Shown here: one piece after another, positions 17,301-25,358 of the stretch | Layout of the letters: the number at the start of each line of letters is the position of its first letter | How positions within the stretch are numbered: position 1 is the stretch's first letter | Translations under genes and position numbers: made by a program | Source: a virus | Lineage: Duplodnaviria > Caudoviricetes | DNA: 32,375 nt | Virus record (IMG/VR): IMGVR_UViG_3300042327_000906 | Location: 1-32,375 of that record | Direction: 5' to 3' (one strand) | Notes under the pieces: model-generated | Databases searched by the model: none | Told to the model about the DNA's origin: nothing | The model's input: the letters and a program-made list of their open reading frames with translations, nothing else

Positions 17301-18820
17301 GCTCTATCATAATCTGTGCTACCGTCCGGACGCCCAAACTCTTTAAGCTGTTCATCCATTCTGGATCCAAAAGATAATAAAAGAGATAGCCCTGTACCTC
17401 CGACTGCTAATGTTGCCCCTGCAGTTGCGCCTGCACCTGTAGATGCCAAAATTCCACCTGTAATAGTTAATGCAGATGGTGCAAAAGATGATGCACTGGA
17501 TACAATCTCCTCCATATACTCATCAGGATCCCCTGCGTATGAGGCAATCGCAGATAGATAATTGCTTAGAGATTCGTATGCCCCTTGAAGCACTTCCCCT
17601 TGCATGATTTTACGAACGCCTTGCTCACCGCTATTCCAGTATGTTTCGATCTTTTTTCTAGCTGCAAAATCTTTTACTGGTCTAAATTCTTTGGCTTTCT
17701 GATCAAGATCAAAAAGCATTCTTTTTCCGGAGTTTTTATCTAATCCCCCATACAGCATTTGAAAATGCGTAGCATATCGTTTTAGCGTAATCTCATTAGA
17801 TCGAAGTGCTTTTACAAAATTACTATCAGTATTTAAGGCTTTAGTTTTTAATTCAATACGATGAGGAAGCTCACCTGTCTTTTTCATCATGACATAGTTA
17901 TCAGGATTCTTTGCCCATTGAGATACTGCAGGAAAGTATTGCGCAGTAAGCCCATTAGCATTTCTGGCGAGAATATCCTCTGCGCTACTATCGGCTAGAA
18001 GATCCCTGGCCTCGAGTAATCCTATGCCAAGCTTCTTCGATATTCTTTCTGCCTCTGACCTGCGCATTAACCATTGAGAAGAACTTTCTCTAAATGTTGC
18101 ATCCGATGCAGCATCAAGTACGCTTTTAGTATCTTGAGGCTTTGCAGATTCTGCAGGCTGATCTTTGTTTGTCAGTACATCATTAACGACATCATCCATT
18201 TCAGCGATGAAGTAGTCATCTACTACCGGAGCGTTAGACGGCTGCGCTTGTTGTGGCGCGACTTCATTGACAATGCTATCCAGATCAATATCAAAATCAT
18301 CTCCGGCAACAAAAGCTCCGGGTGCTGAATCAGCTTGAGTGCTTGGCCTATCGAAGGGATTAGGAGAGATTACCTCTGCGCTATTCCATAGTTGCGCTCG
18401 ATATGCTGCTCTTTTCTTTAGTGAATCTAGTTGAAACTTCTTACCTGTGGCCGCATCTGTAGTATTCACATACTCAAGAATAGCTTTGCCTACGCCTTCA
18501 TCATCACCAGAATTTACTCTGTCGATGATTCCTTTCATGCCTGTGAGCCCTAAGTTATAGTGCATATCAATAAGAACATCCTGCCTGTTTTGAGGAAGAT
18601 CTTGTCTTTTGATGACTGAGCCTAGTTCTTGCTCTGCAGTCTGCATCCACTTTCTTAATCTAAGGTCGGCATCCTTTTTTGTTACAGGAGTGGCAGAGTC
18701 TTTTGTATCCCCGTACCCAACTGCATACTTACCTGTTTTTGCATCTAGGTAAGGCGTTGCACTAAACCCTTCGAATTCTTTAATCTTGTTAATGATTTGT
18801 TCTGAAGCTTTGATTCCCAC
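11306..18820 (-). CDS. Giant internal virion / DNA ejection protein (2504 aa) with GH24 lysozyme, ART-like and HExxH peptidase-like domains
   Basis: Occupies the T7 gp16 position. N-terminal IKEFEGFSATPYLD..GKYAVGYG...RQDVLIDMHYNLG; AYHGSPYRFDKF...GEGAQAFGYGLYF; ADLSTVTHELGH...HETFA; Gly/Ala-rich hydrophobic segments. GTG start with GAGGGG SD. Confidence 0.85.
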   Translation of the reverse strand: MGIKASEQIINKIKEFEGFSATPYLDAKTGKYAVGYGDTKDSATPVTKKDADLRLRKWMQTAEQELGSVIKRQDLPQNRQDVLIDMHYNLGLTGMKGIIDRVNSGDDEGVGKAILEYVNTTDAATGKKFQLDSLKKRAAYRAQLWNSAEVISPNPFDRPSTQADSAPGAFVAGDDFDIDLDSIVNEVAPQQAQPSNAPVVDDYFIAEMDDVVNDVLTNKDQPAESAKPQDTKSVLDAASDATFRESSSQWLMRRSEAERISKKLGIGLLEARDLLADSSAEDILARNANGLTAQYFPAVSQWAKNPDNYVMMKKTGELPHRIELKTKALNTDSNFVKALRSNEITLKRYATHFQMLYGGLDKNSGKRMLFDLDQKAKEFRPVKDFAARKKIETYWNSGEQGVRKIMQGEVLQGAYESLSNYLSAIASYAGDPDEYMEEIVSSASSFAPSALTITGGILASTGAGATAGATLAVGGTGLSLLLSFGSRMDEQLKEFGRPDGSTDYDRAFSDPERVATWRAQSAIYSGAMSVSDFLLGGVAGKIASKGKGIIPKIKKIATASVLEEGVSEFGASTAADAYVGKGIENLPKNITAAVREATVSPGFIATGSAIANGSVLTAEYAKKGANKMLSNIKKSAAAKDRAETLKGIRQEILKSDDAKQNKTIVQDLIVEAGSDKSRSPEIYNDETDTVSDKEIAEKEKIDQEGIVLFTPSEFNEFVTSKGFDPQIVIQNLSPEVQDQYIKNKESDSSVSVTIDEWLTFQTDDAIEGIDDIARFPDIGINAKEAAEIADDVFTNPMSFLQSAYHGSPYRFDKFSTAAIGTGEGAQAFGYGLYFTEDRDIAEWYREKLTEYSKTFTKDGKTLNTGGLALPIEALKEYYTPGQIVPGYASNQKVLQFIDGDEEGWYVETISVDAQGNEIPGERPRTHFTTPDSRTFKKVMESRGWQTDKGQTYEVEIPEKEQMLDWEETYSKQSEYVKDRLDSVMKQIYKTDPEVKWKSGKSFYKAISNQLGSDKKASNFLKSKGIFGIQYSAQGGKSDKKNFVIFEDRDVEIVRSFYQTSEEDLPPPVPGQEPSDVVAEPIEPMQIIEPSQAEGNIVMRPVQLLSKFRNKKEQRLMTQILAGLKRATKLTGEIPKESLDAIAEIQYSHLRFRAEVLGMRPEELMTMQFGVLTAAEKARKKLKENTIGVFTYDITTERLPYGLTKLLIDPNADLSTVTHELGHSWLHDMARDSEFIFAIPEEQLTDRQREYKTAMQDTAELFELGNISDILNLPKEQQTRIHETFAQTAEKYFYEGKFENNKFRQVLEHFRQFLKRIAMSIGNAYKQYPPFKINPKIERIFETILGASDKIENTLYPMFPEPMFDANMLGADGAKYLETQQEARSRAIGDTYTKAFIKSEKERETEALARLEEFRVKAENEVDAQPTFLVLKYFKDNYAQYVEGGKQGTDPRLSFNSIARVFFGGDVEGASAFRQRVPFQVMASKGKGGIEVDQFMADNNINDYTELMTAMIEMSQRDELINDLVNQQIDAEIPLLKTDDEIHKIAEKAVQNKGKEKLMQLEMKILAEKYLPTLKGVASKLINPARYTGKDSKEQIERLATSKIMQSAAYKFSPKRFLIDSDRKGKSAAKNFKSNDIVSALEDKYQQMVNFKAFETAEKVYSVFVKMDKDLRKIVKYAGKKAAANRYDLDLLNQGKRIIMESESGKISPIAIDFISDASAIDPSMVKMINDLINRYNDLSYGGPRIKNNVAAALSFGNLMNGILKASSAAARLKKDLKDADRNEMGDAVASEVSQYAGTLDLKEGRLKDTLNIRWLMESLIGRKDYYKSQMFKIISDVTTSESKSSVRKKKTKIRIQDVLKPIYKNNPGLEAVFNPIGKRLPEFAQKALGILPKPIAMPELGITFENDGELIKFMTLMGSNSGAVEVLLRNAQIDISYVLDPDTNEATRDVDLTKYQEAMNRLIKEGKVNIGHINAVNEIWKVFEELHPELESTMRKTDNIPIGKIKARSITVNVDGKDVILTGGYAPISVNADFKSATSDSDYMPIDTNGVPSSTFVQRTNFTKERTGGVDKIDLDISTLTAYTNAAIDIIEMREALSNFRNIMLTPQAKNAVEEKAPGAYRNVILPWFNRTTRQVYTEYSNDLMDRYARVARKGVNTVLYSLNIASGLRQNLGLLQATRRVKKRDLVAASIESYLKPKAVASQVLGKSPFMQERYDTSIKDAHRSMDLLNTNFDWVTWTDDKINLLATFFAQYFQQRVDLATWSAAYTRQLKEGRSEQEAIAVADDVVMRTQGSMAASALSNLQAGTDLKKLFLTATSIPLINLNELGLEIRDNKDNLNKVKGLSGALTVLVAGPVLFEGYFQAAIDSIFGADDEEEDEEFKKEKRMAVQITGSTISTTAPVLGRFVESYIVYGSASSGPVSNVIGRGEAAGSGIKNLYRGVSLNDREKKALLDMSSFLTGSGVFTMTGRALQYYNLGKTEEEMAEERAIRRYQLEDLQNEID

Positions 18821-18829
18821 AATTCCCCT

Positions 18830-20479
18830 CTATCTTTTAGCAAACGGTTTCTTAAGTGTGTCTTCTCCATGAAGCTCAATTAGTCTTAATAAAACTTTAG
18901 CTTCATCATCTTCGTTAAGTCTATCGCCGTAAGATTTTCTTATATAATTTAACCACGACGAGTGGACTTGTTTGCCGCCTAGAGGATCTAGTGTTTTGGC
19001 AACATCGGTAGACTTGGATTTAAAAAGCCCAAACATGCTGCTTTTTTCTGTAGTTATTAATCCGTCGCGATATAGCCTACCCATTACAGACTTTTTAATA
19101 TCTGCAATGTCGTAGTTAGGATTAGTATCGCGAACTCGTTCATATTCTTTCATGGCAATAGTGGCTAGCTTTTCTCTTTTGCCTCTATCAAGACCGCGAC
19201 TGAACTGATTTACTAGCCCACGAATCTCTCTAAAGTCACTGCCTCTTGCTTTGTATCTGCCGTTAGCATCTTTCTTTGCTAAATCAATTTTTAACTTTTC
19301 AAGCATAGTGTAATCTTCTGCACCAAGTTCAAGCTTGTAGGCTTTTAGATTAACCGCTTCAGCCTCTTCAGGAGTAGCATTTGATAGCTGATCTAGTAGC
19401 TGATCACGCACTTGCTGATTAGTTACAATACCTAAAGTACCTTTGCTTTTATTTACAGAGCTAATGAACTTAGTTCTTTTTTCATAATCTTTAATGTTGT
19501 TAAACTCAGAAGCGGAAGGCATATCCCCACGAGCTAGTCTTTCTGTAAGACGAGACATTGTGTCTAGGTCTGCTCTTTCACTTTGATCTTTTTCAATTTT
19601 AAATTGTGTTCTAATGACATCTCTAACGTCTTTATAGACTTTAGTGTTTGGCGCCAGTTTCCTGGCCATATTTTCTGCAGCGACAAGATCATCTCCTGTC
19701 TCTTGCATAATCATTGTAGCTAAATCAAGTGGCTCTCTTGTTGCTTGATCTTGCTCTGCTGATCTTAAAGCTTTATTGATTTTGTCGCGATCAGATGGAA
19801 TCACTTTGTCGTTGTGATTCTGCATGATCTGAGATGCCACTGCCATGTTTCCGGCCTTAAGCTGCTGCTCTACCGAACGTCTGACAGTTTCTGAAATACC
19901 TTTTTGAACAACGTATTGCTCTACTTCTGGAGCGTTTCCATACTTTCGACGTGCCTTTTCTGACAGCGACTGTGCCACTTCTGCGAGTGCTTGGTTGGAA
20001 AATAGTTCCTGATCCCCTGAGCTCTCAATAGCAAAGTTCATCTTGTTGGAGAGTTGAACATCGAATGTCTTGTCTACAACTTGATTCACTTGTCCTGAGA
20101 CATAAGGGACTTGGAATGCTCTAAACTTATTTATATTGCTATCTGCTTGAGCTTTTAATACTGGTTGAAATCTTGTTGGATATTTTTGAATTGTCTTTTC
20201 GTAATCCTCAGATAGCTTTCTTTCAAGCGCCTGAGATTTTTCAACCGCATCCATACCTTTAGATACGGCAAGTTCGCCTTGGTATTTAATTCTGATTTCT
20301 TCTTGTTCGTTATCAGCATTGGCTTGGGCTAATTTTAACTGCTGTTCATCGACTTGCTGAACTCGTTTAATTAATGGATCTACATTTATCTGTGGTGCTT
20401 GAGCGCCCTGAAATCTTACAGATGCCTGAGGTTGAAGTCTGCTCGGTCTTAATAAGTCTTGCGGTGATCTTAGTCCCAT
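18830..20479 (-). CDS. Internal virion (ejection) protein, T7 gp15 position (549 aa)
   Basis: Helical Q/E/K-rich protein lying between the small and giant ejection genes; TAATG overlap with the upstream gene. Confidence 0.7.
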   Translation of the reverse strand: MGLRSPQDLLRPSRLQPQASVRFQGAQAPQINVDPLIKRVQQVDEQQLKLAQANADNEQEEIRIKYQGELAVSKGMDAVEKSQALERKLSEDYEKTIQKYPTRFQPVLKAQADSNINKFRAFQVPYVSGQVNQVVDKTFDVQLSNKMNFAIESSGDQELFSNQALAEVAQSLSEKARRKYGNAPEVEQYVVQKGISETVRRSVEQQLKAGNMAVASQIMQNHNDKVIPSDRDKINKALRSAEQDQATREPLDLATMIMQETGDDLVAAENMARKLAPNTKVYKDVRDVIRTQFKIEKDQSERADLDTMSRLTERLARGDMPSASEFNNIKDYEKRTKFISSVNKSKGTLGIVTNQQVRDQLLDQLSNATPEEAEAVNLKAYKLELGAEDYTMLEKLKIDLAKKDANGRYKARGSDFREIRGLVNQFSRGLDRGKREKLATIAMKEYERVRDTNPNYDIADIKKSVMGRLYRDGLITTEKSSMFGLFKSKSTDVAKTLDPLGGKQVHSSWLNYIRKSYGDRLNEDDEAKVLLRLIELHGEDTLKKPFAKR

Positions 20480-21303
20480 TATAATGTCCCTATGCCACTT
20501 GCGCCAAAGTTAATAGCTGATCCAATGATCGCCGACTGTCTTGCAATTCCTGCATTTCTGATCTGATAGTCGTAGGCAACTTCTTCAAGTTTATATCCTA
20601 GTGCTTCTCTTACAGCGTTGATCTCTTCTCTCATTCCGTTAAATACTCCCATCGCTTCGTAGGATCCTTGTATTTTTTGAACTGCAGATCCGCTTACGTC
20701 TTGACCTTGTACGGCCATGGCAAGTAGTGCACTTTCGCCCGCTCTTCTTCCTTCTGATTGTGCCTCCATTTGCGCCTGACGTCCACGATAAAGCGCATCT
20801 GCAGCTTGATTTCTAGCTTGCATGATGTTTAATTGCGCCTGACCTGATGCAGCAGCATATGCAGCATTGGCATTAAAAACATCGGCAAAGAATTGAGCTC
20901 CTGCCTGTAAGAAGGCAAATTCCCTATTCTTAATACCTTGCTCTTCAATTACATCTGCGGTCGTTCTAGCTTCTCCTGTAGGCATAGATAGATCTGCGCC
21001 CGGGTCAAATACTGAAGGCGTTTTTTCTAGCGTTTCTTTTTGAATTCTTACTGTTTTGCTTGGTGAAGATGCAGGTGTTATTACGCCTTTAGTGGAGTCA
21101 GTTACGGGAGCGCCCGTATCGACGTTTATAGATCCGCCGCCCATGGATATTTGTTTTCCGCTTTTAGTAACTCCTGTCACCATATTTTTTACAGAGTCTA
21201 CGCCCGTAACGGTAACATATTCTTCTCTTTGAAAAGGGTCAGCAATTCGCCGCCCCACCATACTGCTTAGATCCATTGGGTTTGTACTGCTTCTGAGTCC
21301 CAT
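20479..21303 (-). CDS. Internal virion (ejection) protein, T7 gp14 position (274 aa)
   Basis: C-terminal half is an Ala/Gln-rich helix (QAADALYRGRQ...AMAVQGQDVSGS) ending in a Gly-rich hydrophobic tail; follows tail tubular B. Confidence 0.7.
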   Translation of the reverse strand: MGLRSSTNPMDLSSMVGRRIADPFQREEYVTVTGVDSVKNMVTGVTKSGKQISMGGGSINVDTGAPVTDSTKGVITPASSPSKTVRIQKETLEKTPSVFDPGADLSMPTGEARTTADVIEEQGIKNREFAFLQAGAQFFADVFNANAAYAAASGQAQLNIMQARNQAADALYRGRQAQMEAQSEGRRAGESALLAMAVQGQDVSGSAVQKIQGSYEAMGVFNGMREEINAVREALGYKLEEVAYDYQIRNAGIARQSAIIGSAINFGASGIGTL

Positions 21304-21304
21304 A

Positions 21305-23965
21305 TTAATCTCCTGCTATGCCTTTAGGATACACTGACAATATGGAAATAGGTGAAGGATCCACATGTTTAATTGTGACTCGTCCTGGCTCATTCCATTC
21401 TGTCGGTATGTGAACTACGATATGTCCGTTAAAGTTTTTGGTTTGATTATTAAGTGACTCATCTTCTCGGGTAACAATCGGAGTCATGTTTTCTAATGTT
21501 TGCTCTGGTATTCCTGCGAATCCGCCACGAGTTTCCATAAGCCCCAGGCCAACAGCATTGATAAGCTTCTTGGCATCTGTGACTGTTCTTTCGCCACCTG
21601 CCTCGAGGTCGAGTGTTTCAAACTCACATTCGTATGAATCCCCTACATAGCCATAACATACGTAGTCTGGGAATTCTATTGTCGCTGTTTGATCTAGCGC
21701 ATTTATGCTTGCTGTAATGATAGGCATGTTTGAATTAAGAGGCGAGGATAGTATCTCTCCATCCGCGAATACAGATAGAGGGTAGTTCTCTTGGCCATTT
21801 GCTAGAATATAAACGCTTTCAAACGTCAATGACTTGAACGCTGGAAGCCATCTTGTAGTTCTTCTCTTTTTCTCAATAGATGAAATACTTTGAGACATCG
21901 CATCCTGAAGTAGCTCTGGGACATTGCTTTCAAAGTATGCAAAATTCTTAACAGGGAAATCTGGATTTCCTGTCGGTTCTGATGGGGTGTCTGTAACCAC
22001 TGCTCTAATTGTTTGAGTAATTCCATTAACATCATAGAAGAAATGAATTCGACTTCCGCCATACAATATTGGAGTATCTGCCTGATTCCAATGAAGCTCT
22101 ACAATACTTCCGGCATTATAGTCAGTAATGTTCTTAATATTTACTCTATAGTCGTTGTAGTATGCTTCTTGAAAACCGCGCTTTAAATACCCTAAAGATC
22201 CATGCTCTGAAAGCGTAGTGCCGAATCTTGTAGCACAATCGGCGTAGTGTTCGCCTTCTCTGAACTTGTCTTCTCTTGGATTAATTCTTTCTAATGTGCG
22301 CACTCCATTTCTGATGATGTAGCACATGAGAACGTCGTAGAATACTTCATCTGATGACGTAACATTTTTTCTGTATGTCTTTTTGCTTTTACCTCGAAAT
22401 ATGCTCTCAACATAGCCATTAGTTTCTATAAGTGAAAAGCCATGAGTTCCATCTTCAAATACTGTTATCTGAACTAGCTTCCCGTCTTTTCTTAATAAGT
22501 ATGCTGTATCCTCATTTCCAGAAAGAACTTCTAGCTGAGATATGTTTTCTAAAAGAAAGTGATCTGAAAATGTTGTTGCTTCAGATACTCTTAGGTTGCC
22601 GTCATCGCCAAATATGATGAACATTAGTTTAGTGTGCGAGCTATTTATAAAATAGCCTCGTGTTCCGGCCATCTTTGGTTGTACTGTTTTTGAGCAGCCT
22701 TCTTCAGATATTAGTAGTGGGTTTACTGTGGATGGCGTCAATGCTCCTTGCTCCCCACCTCTAATGGCATATACGCCTCTTTCAGTAAACGCTATTAATC
22801 TTTCCATTGGAAGCATTGCCACAACAGGAGATCCGTCGGTAATAGGAATGCTAAATTGAAATGCGCCATTGTTTGTGTAGATTAAAGGAGAGGAGAATTG
22901 CAAAGGTGCTCCGAGTTTTGAAACTAAAATATCTCCTGATTTAATCGTTGGAGTAATGTTTGGTTTAGGCGCAGCTATTGCTCTTTGCTGATAATAACAA
23001 AAATAGTTAATACCCTTAAGAGGCTCAAATCCTTGAGGAAAAAATGAAATATCTGTTGGAGATGTTTGTGTTGCGTCCTCTGCCCCATAGTCTGAAAACT
23101 CAATAACATTTACAGTTATGGATGCTGAGATCGGTATTACCCCTGCAAGTTTAAAAAATGGTACTGATGTCGAGTCTTTTGTTGCTGCTCGATATATGTT
23201 TATTTTTTTATATCCTGTAGGAGGACTTGAAAAAGCTATCTGCAAATCGTTCCTTAAAGTTGAATTAGGCAAAAATATTGCATCGGCTCTCTTAAGAAAA
23301 ACCTCTACGTCGTCTAGGTCTATGCCTGTTATTAAATATGAGCCTGATATTTTAGGTGCAGTTTGCCATTCATATAGTACGGCCGTAACAGTTACAAAAT
23401 CAAAACTGGATCCAAAAGGAAGTATTTGTGTAAATTGATCATTTTTAATTACGAGATTTCTTTCTGATGTATCCTCTGACCCAACTTCACCCTCGAGGTC
23501 TAAAACCTGTCTTCGTATGGTTGATGAGGGGGATACAAACAATCCACTTTTAGTGGGCGTCAAAAGTACATCTTTTGGTGACGGATCTAGTATATCAAAT
23601 CGAATTTCTTCCGATCCGGGAACAAATATTTTTTCTGATGAATTTACTAAAAACCCATACTCGTATCTTTCGTTGACGGGATTGTATAGCTTGCCATACT
23701 CGTAGGTTTTCCATGTAAGAGTTTCTGAATCCCATACTGTAAAACCTTTAACCCCAGGTTCTCCTCCGGTGTCAGGTATATCTTGCTGAAACTCTGACTT
23801 TGCCACAAACTCTAGCCCTGGCCGATTGCTTACGCCACCTGCACGTCGAACGTACATGTTTTTAAGCTTTGATAGTCCTGAGCTATACGATACAGCATCC
23901 GATCTAAATCGAAGCGATGGGGATACTTCACCAAATTGGAACGACGTTTGTTTTCCTGATGCCAT
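21305..23965 (-). CDS. Tail tubular protein B / nozzle (T7 gp12-like)
   Basis: N-terminal QTSFQFGEVSP...LKNMYVRRAGGVSNRPGLEFV, YYQQR, and C-terminal VTIKHVDPSPISILSV. Size and synteny fit. Confidence 0.88.
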   Translation of the reverse strand: MASGKQTSFQFGEVSPSLRFRSDAVSYSSGLSKLKNMYVRRAGGVSNRPGLEFVAKSEFQQDIPDTGGEPGVKGFTVWDSETLTWKTYEYGKLYNPVNERYEYGFLVNSSEKIFVPGSEEIRFDILDPSPKDVLLTPTKSGLFVSPSSTIRRQVLDLEGEVGSEDTSERNLVIKNDQFTQILPFGSSFDFVTVTAVLYEWQTAPKISGSYLITGIDLDDVEVFLKRADAIFLPNSTLRNDLQIAFSSPPTGYKKINIYRAATKDSTSVPFFKLAGVIPISASITVNVIEFSDYGAEDATQTSPTDISFFPQGFEPLKGINYFCYYQQRAIAAPKPNITPTIKSGDILVSKLGAPLQFSSPLIYTNNGAFQFSIPITDGSPVVAMLPMERLIAFTERGVYAIRGGEQGALTPSTVNPLLISEEGCSKTVQPKMAGTRGYFINSSHTKLMFIIFGDDGNLRVSEATTFSDHFLLENISQLEVLSGNEDTAYLLRKDGKLVQITVFEDGTHGFSLIETNGYVESIFRGKSKKTYRKNVTSSDEVFYDVLMCYIIRNGVRTLERINPREDKFREGEHYADCATRFGTTLSEHGSLGYLKRGFQEAYYNDYRVNIKNITDYNAGSIVELHWNQADTPILYGGSRIHFFYDVNGITQTIRAVVTDTPSEPTGNPDFPVKNFAYFESNVPELLQDAMSQSISSIEKKRRTTRWLPAFKSLTFESVYILANGQENYPLSVFADGEILSSPLNSNMPIITASINALDQTATIEFPDYVCYGYVGDSYECEFETLDLEAGGERTVTDAKKLINAVGLGLMETRGGFAGIPEQTLENMTPIVTREDESLNNQTKNFNGHIVVHIPTEWNEPGRVTIKHVDPSPISILSVYPKGIAGD

Positions 23966-23967
23966 AG

Positions 23968-24588
23968 CTATTTATGCCTAGCTCGAATAAACGGACTAAG
24001 CGAATCCTCCATCTGTGGTTGTCTGCCTAGATCGTCTGCAATTCCCATCGATATATCAATTCTAGCATCTGCGTTTATCGTGTCTCTAACCTTTCCAAAG
24101 TTATTGGTAATTAATGAAGGTGCAATGTCCATCGATAGCTGTGCCGCCAATGCTCTTCCGAAGTGGTTAGGCATGGAGATATTATCTGGAATTTTTACTG
24201 TATATTTTGCATGTGCATCTGGAGTATTGCTGTAGATCAATTGACCGCTAGAGGAATAGACTTGATGCCATTTCTCTTTCTCGTCATTGTACTGATTTCT
24301 ATTAGCGAAGAAACCTTCTCTTGCAATCTCTCTAATTACTAAAGCATCTGAAGGTACTACATACGAATACTTATACATCGGAGTAGGATCTTCTTGCTGA
24401 AGTACTAAAGGAAGATACTTTGTTGCAAAATTCCAATCGTGCATCTCTAGCAGACTATCAAGCGCCATCCGAAAATGACGCCTAATTATTTTAGCTTGTT
24501 GTGAATTTTCTGTTTCAAGATCAACGACTGATAGGGATACGCCTAGACGTCCAAGAGCAAGATTAGCAATATCCGTTTTATAAAGCAT
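23968..24588 (-). CDS. Tail tubular protein A / gatekeeper (T7 gp11-like)
   Basis: DIANLALGRLG...LLEMHDWNFATK...YSYVVPSD motifs; synteny. Confidence 0.88.
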   Translation of the reverse strand: MLYKTDIANLALGRLGVSLSVVDLETENSQQAKIIRRHFRMALDSLLEMHDWNFATKYLPLVLQQEDPTPMYKYSYVVPSDALVIREIAREGFFANRNQYNDEKEKWHQVYSSSGQLIYSNTPDAHAKYTVKIPDNISMPNHFGRALAAQLSMDIAPSLITNNFGKVRDTINADARIDISMGIADDLGRQPQMEDSLSPFIRARHK

Positions 24589-24603
24589 ATCTGCCCCTTA
24601 CGA

Positions 24604-24819
24604 TTAAACGAGATCGTCGACCTCTTGTTGCTTTTCAGCTTTTTTAGAAGCTTTCTTTGCAGGCTTGTACTCTTCTGGAGTTTTAACCCATAATGGAAAT
24701 CTACCATTGTTTAGCTTGCCTTCAAAGAGAAACTTCTCACCCTCGCGGATGACTCGTCCTTTGTAGTAGCCTGTTGCAATAGCTGTGACTTGAATTGATA
24801 CTGATTCTTCTTTCGACAT
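24604..24819 (-). CDS. Small hypothetical virion-associated protein (71 aa)
   Basis: Start revised to ATG 24819 (GAGGGAG SD) because the track's GTG lies inside the terminator. Contains VTAIATGYYKGRVIREGEKF...W and a Lys-rich tail. Confidence 0.7.
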   Translation of the reverse strand: MSKEESVSIQVTAIATGYYKGRVIREGEKFLFEGKLNNGRFPLWVKTPEEYKPAKKASKKAEKQQEVDDLV

Positions 24820-24835
24820 TGGAACTCCCTCATAC

Positions 24836-24862
24836 AAAAAAGCCACGCTACGAGAGCGTGGC
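24836..24862 (-). terminator. Rho-independent terminator downstream of the capsid genes
   Basis: Minus strand GCCACGCT-ctcgt-AGCGTGGC-TTTTTT: perfect 8-bp stem plus U6. Position equivalent to the post-capsid terminators of podoviruses. Confidence 0.88.
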
Positions 24863-24885
24863 CGTTAGTCTTTATACTATTTTAA

Positions 24886-25335
24886 TTACCCTTTGTAAGA
24901 CTCGTCAACTGCTCCGACGATTCCTGCAGTAACTTTACCTGCAGAAGCCGGGCCGCCAACAACTTCAAAGAATACGCGGATAAAACGCTCTTTGATTTCG
25001 CCAGGAACTTTATCGATAGCTGAGATAAAGCCTGCTTTAAGATCAGAAAGAGGAACGTCTTGGCAAATCAAATCTTTTGGAGATGAAAAGCTAGAGTTAT
25101 CGTCAGACTGAACTTTAAGCTTAAGAGCGGTTAAACCTGAGAAATCCTCAACAACTTGGATAAGAAGTGGGATATGAGCAGATTTAGGGAAGCTTCTTTT
25201 AAGCTGAGCCTTAGCGCCTGTGCCTGAGTTATAAGTAATGAATCCCGGTTCCCCGAGGTCATATACATTTTGAGATGCTGCAGAAGCAGTGATGGACTGA
25301 GCATCTGAGAGAAGTGATAGTTGATCGAGAATCAT
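24886..25335 (-). CDS. Capsid cement/decoration protein (Bbp16-like)
   Basis: MILD...LSDAQSITASAASQNVYDLG...VVEDF...L..KVQSDDNSSFSS...RFIRV...GKVTAGIV; directly downstream of the MCP gene. Confidence 0.82.
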   Translation of the reverse strand: MILDQLSLLSDAQSITASAASQNVYDLGEPGFITYNSGTGAKAQLKRSFPKSAHIPLLIQVVEDFSGLTALKLKVQSDDNSSFSSPKDLICQDVPLSDLKAGFISAIDKVPGEIKERFIRVFFEVVGGPASAGKVTAGIVGAVDESYKG

Positions 25336-25358
25336 ATTTACCTCTTTACTTTGTTATA

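Noticed and set aside
18803-21303. MGxxxS N-termini as eukaryotic N-myristoylation signals
   Set aside because: The context is a bacteriophage, no N-myristoyltransferase is evident, and one of the three proteins lacks Ser at position 6. The motif is kept only as a possible sorting signal.
24820-24846. GTG start for the 80-aa ORF given in the track
   Set aside because: It falls inside the terminator stem; ATG 24819 has a proper SD.
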